Assembly (NCBI GenBank): GCA_050633305.1
Contig: JBOEGF010000001.1
Location: forward strand, 160,001-224,000
Direction of reading: 5' to 3'
Length of the DNA: 64,000 nt
Source of the DNA: Nannocystales bacterium
GTDB taxonomy: Bacteria; Myxococcota_A; Polyangia; Nannocystales; Nannocystaceae
In this document: positions 56,439 through 64,000 of the stretch, piece by piece
Layout: the number at the start of each line of letters is the position of its first letter
How positions within the stretch are numbered: the first letter of the stretch is position 1
Translations under genes and position numbers: made by a program
Notes under the pieces: model-generated
Database searches by the model: none
The model's input: the letters and a program-made list of their open reading frames with translations, nothing else
What the model was told of the DNA's origin: nothing

Positions 56439-57941
56439 CTAGGCCTCGGGTAGGTTGCGCACCGCGTGGTCGATGAGCGCGACTCCGAATCCGGTGCCGC
56501 GTCCTTTGAGGAACGAGGGGCCGGCGAGGTCGATGTGGCACCAGCGGCGCTTCTTGGCCCCTGGGGCGTCCTCGATGTGCCCGTAGAGGAACTGCGCGGC
56601 GGCGGAGGTCTGCGCGTTCATCCGGTTCGCGACCGAGTTCTTCATGTCCGCGATCTTGCTGCTGAACTCCTGCTGCAGCAGCTCGGGGGCGAAGAGCAGC
56701 GGGTGCACGAGGTCCCCCGTGATCTTGCCCGCGCGGACCATCGAGCACTCCATGTCGGCATCGTTGGTGACGATGGCGGCGTGGACCATGCCGGTCGAGA
56801 TGAGCTGCGCTCCGGTCAGGGTTGCCGCGTCGAAGACCACATCGGCCTGGAGCTCGCGTGCAGCCCAGCTGAGGCCGTCCATCAGCAACAGTCGGCCCTC
56901 GGCGTCGGTATTGTTGATCTCGACGGTCTTGCCCGAGTGCGCGACGAGCACGTCATCGGGCTTGTAGCTGCGCTCGTCGACCGCGTTCTCGGCGATGCAC
57001 ATGATGAGCGACAGACGCCCCGCGTAGCCGGATTGGGTGAGCACTCGGAACGCGCCGAGGACCGCTGCTGAGCCACCCATGTCGCCCTTCATGCCTTCGA
57101 TGCCGCCGCGTGGTTTGAGATGCAACCCGCCCGTATCGAAGGTCACACCCTTGCCGACGAGCGCGACGTGGGTGCCCTCGGCTTTGGGGTTCCACTCCGC
57201 GACGATCATGCGGGGCTCGGTGCTCGCACCCCGTCCAACCGCGTGGATGCCTCCGAGGCCGTTCTCCAGGAGCTTTGCCCCCTTGATCTCGGTGACCTTG
57301 ACCCCCGAGATCTCCTTGAGCATCTCCTTGATTCGCACCGCATAGGTGCTGGGGTTGAGGTCGGATGGGGGCGTGTCGACAAGCTCGGCGCTGTCACGCG
57401 CACACTCCACGGTGGTCTTGACGTTGTCCTCGACGACGAGCTCGTCCCCCGCGGAGGTGATCGCCGCCACCTGGACCTTGGCGCGGCTCGGCTTGGCTTT
57501 GCGGCTGAACTGGGGCAGGGCTCGGCCCACAGCGTTCGCGGCCGCCAGGAGGTGTGCTGCGTCGTCGAGCACCAGCAACACCCCGACCTTGCCGCTGCTG
57601 CCAAGCGCGACTTGGCTCACGACGTGCCGAATGCTGTCGGCGCGGGAAGGGCTGTTGTAGCGGGAGAGGGTGTCGGGCAGCACGCCGACCGTCAGCCGCG
57701 TCGGACCGTCGGATTTGGAACCCGGGGCTTTGAACAGGCTGGATGCGGTGGCACCACGGCGGCCCGGAGACGCCTCGCCGGCGAGGGCTCCGGCATAGTC
57801 TGCCATGCGCTTGCCCAACGCCTTGGCCAGCACGGCCTTGGAGGCCTTGCGCTTGAAGGTGCTTGCGGGCGCGACGATCACGAGGTGCTTGAGCCCGCGC
57901 CCCAGGGCGCGAACGTTGGCTGCATACGAGATAGGGAGCAC
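56439..57941 (-). CDS. M17 leucyl aminopeptidase family protein (NPEPL1-like)
   Basis: VGKGVTFDTGG, MKGDMGG, NTDAEGRL, ATLTGA, HIDLAG, TGFGV. Confidence 0.9.
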   Translation of the reverse strand: MLPISYAANVRALGRGLKHLVIVAPASTFKRKASKAVLAKALGKRMADYAGALAGEASPGRRGATASSLFKAPGSKSDGPTRLTVGVLPDTLSRYNSPSRADSIRHVVSQVALGSSGKVGVLLVLDDAAHLLAAANAVGRALPQFSRKAKPSRAKVQVAAITSAGDELVVEDNVKTTVECARDSAELVDTPPSDLNPSTYAVRIKEMLKEISGVKVTEIKGAKLLENGLGGIHAVGRGASTEPRMIVAEWNPKAEGTHVALVGKGVTFDTGGLHLKPRGGIEGMKGDMGGSAAVLGAFRVLTQSGYAGRLSLIMCIAENAVDERSYKPDDVLVAHSGKTVEINNTDAEGRLLLMDGLSWAARELQADVVFDAATLTGAQLISTGMVHAAIVTNDADMECSMVRAGKITGDLVHPLLFAPELLQQEFSSKIADMKNSVANRMNAQTSAAAQFLYGHIEDAPGAKKRRWCHIDLAGPSFLKGRGTGFGVALIDHAVRNLPEA

Positions 57942-57973
57942 GCGGGGAGTATGCCCCAACCTGCCCCGGGAGG

Positions 57974-59443
57974 TCACATCGCGGCGGGACGGGTTCGGTG
58001 AACCGCCCACGCGCGCAGTGCCTGGATCGACTCGGCCCGCGTGACACTCAGCGGTACGGTGTCACCGACGGCTTGGCGGAGATCGTTCGGGCTCAGCGGT
58101 CGTCCGGCCGCGAAGGCATGCAGTCGGGCTTCCGTGACCGCCGCCTGGAGTTCGGCGCCGGAGAACCCTTCCGCAGCGGCGGCGATCGACGCGAAGGCCG
58201 GCCACGACTCAGTCATCGGTGGAACAAGGCCCAGACGCCGTCGCGGCTCGTCCTCGAGGTGGATTCGCAAGATGTCCTCGCGGGCGCAGGGCCCGGGCAG
58301 GTCGAAGAAGAAGATCTCGTCGAGCCGGCCCCGACGCAGCAGCTCTGGGGGCAGCCCCTGCACGTCGTTGGCGGTGGCGACCACGAAGACGGGGCGGGCG
58401 CGCTCAGCCAGCCACGTCAACAGCCCTCCCATCACCCGGGCGGAGGTGCCGGCATCGGAGCGCCCGGTCCCTCCTGCGAACCCCTTGTCGATCTCGTCGA
58501 CCCATAGAACCACGGGGGCCATTGCGTCGAGCGAGGTGAGGACCTGCCGAAGGTTGGCTTCGCTTCGACCGACGGTTCCGCCAAACAGGCGCCCCGGATC
58601 GAGTCGCAGCAGAGGCAGGCCAAGCGTGTCGGCGCAGCTCCGCGCGGCGAGGCTCTTGCCGCAGCCTTGGACACCCAGCAGCAAGACGCCGCGGGGCGGA
58701 AGAATCCCGGATGCCTCGGCCTCGGGCAGCAGGGCCAGAGCGCGCGTCTTCATCCACGCCTTGAAGGCCCCGTATCCGCCCAGCGTGTCGGTGGACACCA
58801 CCTGTGCGGGCTCGAGCAAGCCTTCGGTGGGGATCAGTGCGGGCTTGTGCCGGGTGATGAACTCGACCAGGCGCACCGGGTCGATGCCTTCGGCGAGGAC
58901 GGCTTCGGCCACGAGTCGTTCCGCGCTGGGCATGCCCAATCCGAGCAGGGCGCGTGCGATCGCAGGGCCGTGGTCCTCGAACATATCGTGGGCCCCGGGG
59001 ATCCGGTCCTCCAAGGCCTGACCGATCTCGGCGAGGGTGGCCTCGAACGTATCGCGATCGGGGGTTGGCAGGGTGAGCTGCCAGGCCTCGGGCGGGACGG
59101 CCCATGAGGTGGAGTCGGCGGGCTCGACGACGATCCACGTCGGGCCTTGATGCTTCGAGGCCGCCTCTCGTAGCGCGCGTGCGACGAGCGGGTCGGCGAG
59201 CGCGGGGGCGGGGTCGAGCAGGGCCCAGAGGCCAGTCGCCGCCGCCTGAAGTACCGATGCGAGTGCGCGGGGTGAGCCCTCGGCGTCGACTCCCGAGGCG
59301 AGACTCCACGTATGCAGGGGTTGGCCGGATCGGGCGGCAACGTCCTCGAGCAGCTCGACCGCGCGGTGTTCCTCGCTGGTCTGCAGGACGATGAGACGAG
59401 TCCCAGCTTCGATCGCCCGGACGAGCTCGGCGGCGCGGATCAT
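57974..59443 (-). CDS. Ycf46-like AAA+ ATPase
   Basis: Walker A GVQGCGKS, Walker B LWVDEIDK, ATAN, LPPELLRRGRLDEIFF, GFSGAE; degenerate N-terminal domain. Confidence 0.85.
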   Translation of the reverse strand: MIRAAELVRAIEAGTRLIVLQTSEEHRAVELLEDVAARSGQPLHTWSLASGVDAEGSPRALASVLQAAATGLWALLDPAPALADPLVARALREAASKHQGPTWIVVEPADSTSWAVPPEAWQLTLPTPDRDTFEATLAEIGQALEDRIPGAHDMFEDHGPAIARALLGLGMPSAERLVAEAVLAEGIDPVRLVEFITRHKPALIPTEGLLEPAQVVSTDTLGGYGAFKAWMKTRALALLPEAEASGILPPRGVLLLGVQGCGKSLAARSCADTLGLPLLRLDPGRLFGGTVGRSEANLRQVLTSLDAMAPVVLWVDEIDKGFAGGTGRSDAGTSARVMGGLLTWLAERARPVFVVATANDVQGLPPELLRRGRLDEIFFFDLPGPCAREDILRIHLEDEPRRRLGLVPPMTESWPAFASIAAAAEGFSGAELQAAVTEARLHAFAAGRPLSPNDLRQAVGDTVPLSVTRAESIQALRAWAVHRTRPAAM

Positions 59444-60081
59444 CGCGCAGCGCTAACGGTCTGGGTCTGGGTGGCCGCCCAGGAAAGCCAGCCGCTCACG
59501 AGGTGAGCCTGGACCGGCGCCTTGAATGCGCCATCGGACTCGAAACTCCAGCCGTTGAGCCACAGGCGGGTGCCCTTGAGGCGCGCCAGTTTGGCGTGCA
59601 GCCAGGTGACGTCATTGGCGATCGCGGCCGCACGACCCGCCAGTGTTCCGCGTCCGCCGAAGAGTGCGATGCGGTAGTGCAGCTTGCCGCCCACGCGCAG
59701 GGGCTCGAAGCTCTCGCCGAACACGGCGTGAGCGCGGTCGAGGAGGTCCTCGAATCCGCGGGAGCGGGAGCGGCGGAAGTCGAGCGCGAGCAGGACGGGC
59801 GCGTCCGCCTCGCCCGGACGTGAACGCACCACGCCGTGCGCGAAGGCTTGGTACAGCCCCTCAACCACGCCTGGGATACCCGGCTGCATGCGGCGAAGGG
59901 CGTCGACCGAAGCTGCGGAGCGCTGGGCCGACAGCGAGTGTGCGACCCGTTTGATCCAACCGGGGACGAGACCGGTGAGCTCGACCATGCGGGCGCATGC
60001 GTGGGCATCGAGGGGCTCTCGAGCCGCGCGCGCGAGCAGGCCTTCGAGGGACTGAAGAGCTTCGGCACGGGGGTCGGTCAT
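59440..60081 (-). CDS. hypothetical protein
   Basis: ATGA overlaps on both sides (smpB and the AAA gene). Confidence 0.65.
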   Translation of the reverse strand: MTDPRAEALQSLEGLLARAAREPLDAHACARMVELTGLVPGWIKRVAHSLSAQRSAASVDALRRMQPGIPGVVEGLYQAFAHGVVRSRPGEADAPVLLALDFRRSRSRGFEDLLDRAHAVFGESFEPLRVGGKLHYRIALFGGRGTLAGRAAAIANDVTWLHAKLARLKGTRLWLNGWSFESDGAFKAPVQAHLVSGWLSWAATQTQTVSAAR

Positions 60082-60566
60082 CGGCTGCGATCTCGAATGG
60101 CGCGCGCGACCTCCCGCTTGGTGTCGCGCTCCTTGATGGTCGCTCGTTTGTCGTGCATTTGCTTGCCTCGACAAAGGCCCAATTCGACTTTCACGTAGCT
60201 CCCCTTGAGGTACACCGCGAGTGGGATCAGCGTGAGTCCGCCGGGACCGACCTCGCGCTCGAGCTTGTCGAGTTCGCGGCGGTGCATCAGCAGCTTTCTG
60301 CGCCGAAGCGGCTCGTGGTTGCGCTTGTGCGCCTGCACGTACTCGGAGATATGGGCACGGTTGAGCCAGAGCTCATGCTGATCGAAGGACGCGAAGGCCT
60401 CGCCGAGGCTGATCTTGCCGTCCTTGACCGCCTTGACCTCGGAGCCGACGAGCGCAAGCGCCGCCTCGAACCGCTCGAGCACCTCGTACTCGTGCAGGGC
60501 CTTGCGGTTCTGTGCGAGCACGGTGCCCGCCGCCGCCAAGCTCTTCTTCTTGTTCTTCTTGGCCAC
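60078..60566 (-). CDS. smpB: SsrA-binding protein
   Basis: NRKALHEY, LVGSEVK, RRRKLLMHRREL, LTLIPL, GKQMHDKR. Confidence 0.95.
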   Translation of the reverse strand: MAKKNKKKSLAAAGTVLAQNRKALHEYEVLERFEAALALVGSEVKAVKDGKISLGEAFASFDQHELWLNRAHISEYVQAHKRNHEPLRRRKLLMHRRELDKLEREVGPGGLTLIPLAVYLKGSYVKVELGLCRGKQMHDKRATIKERDTKREVARAIRDRSR

Positions 60567-60579
60567 CGGGCCGCTCAAG

Positions 60580-61182
60580 CTACGCGACGGCTTGGAGGAG
60601 AGCAAGGAAGGACACCTCCGCTCCGGCGTCCCGAAGCGGCTGAGCGGCGGCCTGAAGCGTCGCCCCGGTGGTCACCACATCATCGAACAGCAGCACGCGG
60701 CGACCGCGAAGCTCGGACTTCCTTTGGGGCCGAACGGTGAAGGCGCGCTCGACGTTTTGCCGACGAAGGGGCGCGGGAAGCCCGACCTGTGGGGCCGTGT
60801 CTCGTGACCGCTCCAGGACCGAGACGGGGCGGGGTAGGCCGGCCTCGCGCAGTGCCTCGCGGAGCAGCAGTTCGCTCTGATTGAAACCGCGGAACCGCTG
60901 ACGGCTGCGATGCAACGGCACGGCGATGGCGAGGTCGAACGAAGCTCGGCCAACGTGCGGCCCGAGGACCCGGCCCAGCGGACCCGCCCGCGCGAGATCC
61001 CGCTCGTACTTGAGCGCGGAGAGGGCGCGCCGCATCGGGCCCTCGTGACTAAAGACGCCGACCGAGGAGGCCGGACTCGGGACGAGCTCGGCGCTGCACC
61101 GGCTGCACATGCCCTTGGCCGCGTCGTCGCGGAGGAGCCGTCGACAACCGACGCACGCGGGGGGAACGAGCCAGGTCAGCAT
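60580..61182 (-). CDS. comF: ComF family protein (Zn-ribbon + PRTase)
   Basis: CVGC..CSRC, LKYE, VPLH..R...RGFNQS, DDVVTTGAT. Confidence 0.88.
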   Translation of the reverse strand: MLTWLVPPACVGCRRLLRDDAAKGMCSRCSAELVPSPASSVGVFSHEGPMRRALSALKYERDLARAGPLGRVLGPHVGRASFDLAIAVPLHRSRQRFRGFNQSELLLREALREAGLPRPVSVLERSRDTAPQVGLPAPLRRQNVERAFTVRPQRKSELRGRRVLLFDDVVTTGATLQAAAQPLRDAGAEVSFLALLQAVA

Positions 61183-61252
61183 CCTCCCAGAGGTCGACCA
61201 CCGCCGCGGTCGGTTGCACGGAAAAACTCAGAGCACTAGCGAGGGGGCGTCC

Positions 61253-61678
61253 CTAGTGGTGGTACGGGTGTCCTGCGAGGATTGTTCCAGCGCGGTAGAG
61301 CTGCTCGCAGAGCATCGCCTGCGCGAACCGATGGGGGAGCGTGAGTCGCGAGAGCCCCATCACCTTGTCCGCGGCGTCGCGGTGTTGGGGGCCGAAGCCG
61401 TGCGCGTCCCCAATTCCGAAGGCGACCGCGCGGATCCCCTGCTCTCGCCAAACCCGCAACCAGGCCGCGAACTCTTCGCTGGTGGGTTGTTCGCCACGCT
61501 CGTCGAGGACGACGATCTTCCCGCAGCTGCTGCGCGCCTCATCGAGGACCGCGTCATTGGTCCGTAGGGCGCGACGATCGATGGGCAAGAAGCTTCGACT
61601 TCGTTTGACGTACTCGGCGCACGCCGACTCGAGGCCGGCGTCCTTGAGCTTACCGACCGCGAGCACCCGCAGGCGCAT
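61253..61678 (-). CDS. rlmH: 23S rRNA (pseudouridine1915-N3)-methyltransferase
   Basis: AVGKLK, LDERG, FGIGDAHG, LSRLTLPH, EQLYRA, GHPYH. Confidence 0.93.
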   Translation of the reverse strand: MRLRVLAVGKLKDAGLESACAEYVKRSRSFLPIDRRALRTNDAVLDEARSSCGKIVVLDERGEQPTSEEFAAWLRVWREQGIRAVAFGIGDAHGFGPQHRDAADKVMGLSRLTLPHRFAQAMLCEQLYRAGTILAGHPYHH

Positions 61679-62334
61679 CAGTCGAGCTCGTCGCCCGCAT
61701 CGGCGGGGAGTTGGTCGTCCTCGTCGCCGCCGAGCTCGTCGTCGGGCGGAAGATCGACCGGGTCCTGCGCCAGCGGTGCCGCGTCGAGATCGTCGGGAAG
61801 CTCGGCATCCTCGAGGTCGTCGTCGTCGTCGTCGAACTCGTCCTCGAAACCACCGAACACCAAGTCACCGCGGTAGGCGGGAAGGTCGTGTGGAGTGTCG
61901 AGTGCGTCGAGTTCGGAGACATCGGTGACCTCGGGGGGCAGCTCGAGTTCTGCTCGTGCGGCGTCGCTCCACATGCTCTCCAGGTCGTAGTGCATGCGCA
62001 CCGGGTGGTAGAAGACGTGGACCATGAAGTCGTCGTAGTCGAGCAGGTCCCAGGTGTGGTCGCCGAAACCGTCGGCACCCTCGGCCTTGCAGCCATGCTT
62101 GCGCAGCTCGGCGTTGATGCTGTCGGCGACCGCCGCAACGTGGCGCTCGGATCTACCCGAGAGGATGAGGACCCAGTCGGTGTAGCCGGTGATGTCGGTG
62201 ACGTTGAGGATCACCGGGGCCTTCGCGCTCTTGTCGATCGCGACGTCGAGAGCTCGGACGAGGTTCTCAGGGAGGTCGCCGCGCGTGAAAGAGGTCGCGG
62301 TTTCGGAGGGAGCGTTTTGCACGAGCGAGTCCAA
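61678..62334 (-). CDS. rsfS: ribosome silencing factor with acidic C-terminal extension
   Basis: DKSA, TDWVLILSG.SERHV, WDLLDY, VHVF...R..YDLESMW; adjacent to rlmH. Confidence 0.9.
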   Translation of the reverse strand: MDSLVQNAPSETATSFTRGDLPENLVRALDVAIDKSAKAPVILNVTDITGYTDWVLILSGRSERHVAAVADSINAELRKHGCKAEGADGFGDHTWDLLDYDDFMVHVFYHPVRMHYDLESMWSDAARAELELPPEVTDVSELDALDTPHDLPAYRGDLVFGGFEDEFDDDDDDLEDAELPDDLDAAPLAQDPVDLPPDDELGGDEDDQLPADAGDELD

Positions 62335-62381
62335 AGAGGAGAACGAAAAACACGCCCGATGGTTGGCCTCGGTGGGCTCGA

Positions 62382-63317
62382 CTAGGGCGCTGCAAGGTCG
62401 CCCAGGAGGCGCTTGCGTTCCTCCTCGTAGCGGTGACGCTCCGGAAGTGCAACCGCGTCCTGCGGGGTGACCACACTGGGGGCCTCAGGCAGTGTCGGCG
62501 CGACCCGCCCGTGGACCTCGAATTGCCCGGAAAGGGGCCCTGCGGAGCCTCCCGTGACGGAGTAGGTGGCGGTCGCGTCCAGGGAGATCCAGGCGCCGCT
62601 GTTGGCGTCGACGAGGAGGTCCCCCGAGAGTGCGCTGAACGCGACGCGGCTTCGCCAGCCCTCGGACGCCCCTGGCGGCTGCGTCCCCTGGCCCGGCTCG
62701 AACCGCAGCCGTACTGCGTCTCCCCCATTCCATCCTTCACCCGCGGCGGGGTTGGCGGTGATCGCTGCCCCGGGCATCAGGAACGCTACGGCGTCGTGCG
62801 CGGCTCTCCAGCTGTCGTCGAGCCACAGCTCGTGGACGTTGGATTCGACGGCATGAAATGTCCACGGCCGGTGCTCGAGCTTGGCGTACAGCGTGCCGTC
62901 GAGGGCGACGACGGAACGACCCCGATCCTTGTCGTTGTGCTGTTCGAGGGCGAAGCGAGGCCCCGCATCGTCCGGAGCCTCCCATCGAAGTGCGACGGTG
63001 TCGGACACCGCCTGGTCCGCTGCGACCGCGGTGTCCACGGCGGGATTGTTGCGGTGCGGCTGGGTGGGACGGAGTGTCAGCGAGGTCTTTAGGGTGAGCG
63101 CGTGGGGGCCCAGGGCGTCGCGGACCGATGCGTGAGGCTCGGCGAGAATCTCGAGCAGAACCAGCGGCTCGCCCGCGAGTAAGCGCTCTGCCACCGGGAC
63201 GCCAGCGGCTTTCTCGGATGGGGTGCTCGCCGAGTCGGTGTCGTCTCCACACGCGAGCCCCAACACGCACCCCAACAGGGGTCCTGCGAGCAGGACTGCC
63301 AGGCGGTGGGAGAGCAC
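62382..63317 (-). CDS. hypothetical lipoprotein
   Basis: Lipobox LGLAC; beta-rich body. Confidence 0.65.
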   Translation of the reverse strand: MLSHRLAVLLAGPLLGCVLGLACGDDTDSASTPSEKAAGVPVAERLLAGEPLVLLEILAEPHASVRDALGPHALTLKTSLTLRPTQPHRNNPAVDTAVAADQAVSDTVALRWEAPDDAGPRFALEQHNDKDRGRSVVALDGTLYAKLEHRPWTFHAVESNVHELWLDDSWRAAHDAVAFLMPGAAITANPAAGEGWNGGDAVRLRFEPGQGTQPPGASEGWRSRVAFSALSGDLLVDANSGAWISLDATATYSVTGGSAGPLSGQFEVHGRVAPTLPEAPSVVTPQDAVALPERHRYEEERKRLLGDLAAP

Positions 63318-63426
63318 GGGCGGAGCATACAGCAAGGCTCCGCGGCACGGCCGGCGCTGGCTGCTATCGTTCCCCGACTGCGTGAGCGTGCTCTTGCTCG
63401 ACCCGATCCTCCCTACGGCGCCGGTC

Positions 63427-64000
63427 ATGGTCCCCGAACCATGGCTGCATCTCCTGCTGTCCCCAGCCGCGCGCGTGTTTGCGTTCCTGTGGGGCCTGCT
63501 GTGGGGCAGCTTCACGAACGTTGTCATCTATCGGACCGTCGTCAACGTCCGGGCCCTTCTCAAGGGGGAGACCCCGACGTTCTCCGACGGTGAGACTCGA
63601 GAGTTCTGGAAGGGGCGCTCCCGCTGCCCGCATTGCGAGCACGCGATCGCCTCCTACGACAACATCCCGGTGTTCTCGTTTCTGTGGTTGCGTGGCAAGT
63701 GTCGCCACTGCAAGACGCCGCTCTCCCTGCGTTACCTGATCGTCGAGCTTCTCGGAGGCCTGCTCAGCTTTGCGTTGTTCATGCAGCAGGTCTACGTCCC
63801 GCTGCTGGAGGGGGCCGCCCCGAACGTCGCGGGCTGGCTGCTGCTGCTGCTGTTCGGCCTGACGCTGCTCAGCGTCACGTACATCGACCTCGACGTATTC
63901 ATCATCCCCAACGTCTTGGTGTGGATCGTCGCCGGGGTGGGGCTTGTGGCTTCGGTCGTCGATCCCGGGGCGTTGGACGTTCCGTGGCAACACGGGCTTG
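63427..64000 (+). CDS. pilD: prepilin peptidase (partial, runs off the window)
   Basis: Not in the ORF track. Hand translation gives GSFTNVVIYR, SRCPHC, YDNIPVFSFLWLRGKCRHC, RYLIVE and IDL...IPN. Confidence 0.93.
   Translation, partial: MVPEPWLHLLLSPAARVFAFLWGLLWGSFTNVVIYRTVVNVRALLKGETPTFSDGETREFWKGRSRCPHCEHAIASYDNIPVFSFLWLRGKCRHCKTPLSLRYLIVELLGGLLSFALFMQQVYVPLLEGAAPNVAGWLLLLLFGLTLLSVTYIDLDVFIIPNVLVWIVAGVGLVASVVDPGALDVPWQHGL

Overview
High-GC bacterial chromosomal segment, most likely from a myxobacterium (Myxococcota, Nannocystaceae-like). This placement is inferred from a MYXO-CTERM protein, a myxobacterial Cys-rich repeat, many D/T/S/G-rich lipoproteins and zinc-ribbon/GYF proteins. The window holds about 58 genes, mostly core or envelope functions: purQ, pyrE, queF, moeA, tatA, smpB, rlmH, rsfS, comF, pilD, two LolC/E-type permeases, three peptidoglycan hydrolases, an OmpR/HK pair, a sigma-32-family factor, a PP2C phosphatase and tRNA-His(GTG). 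I saw no integrase, transposase, phage genes or CRISPR array. Main points of interest: (1) two tandem vWA-PilY1-like adhesin paralogs, one missing from the ORF track, each with its own sigma-54-type promoter and a divergent aromatic loop; (2) a tightly coupled rsfS-rlmH-comF-smpB-hypothetical-Ycf46-like AAA-NPEPL1-like peptidase run with a DUF1257-like gene nearby; (3) a shared C-terminal DTDxxTGG tail on two unrelated lipoproteins; (4) a plant-type chlorophyllase-like lipoprotein; (5) an OmpA-like protein with a MYXO-CTERM tail. All family calls come from motif recognition by eye, not database searches, and start codons are my best estimates.
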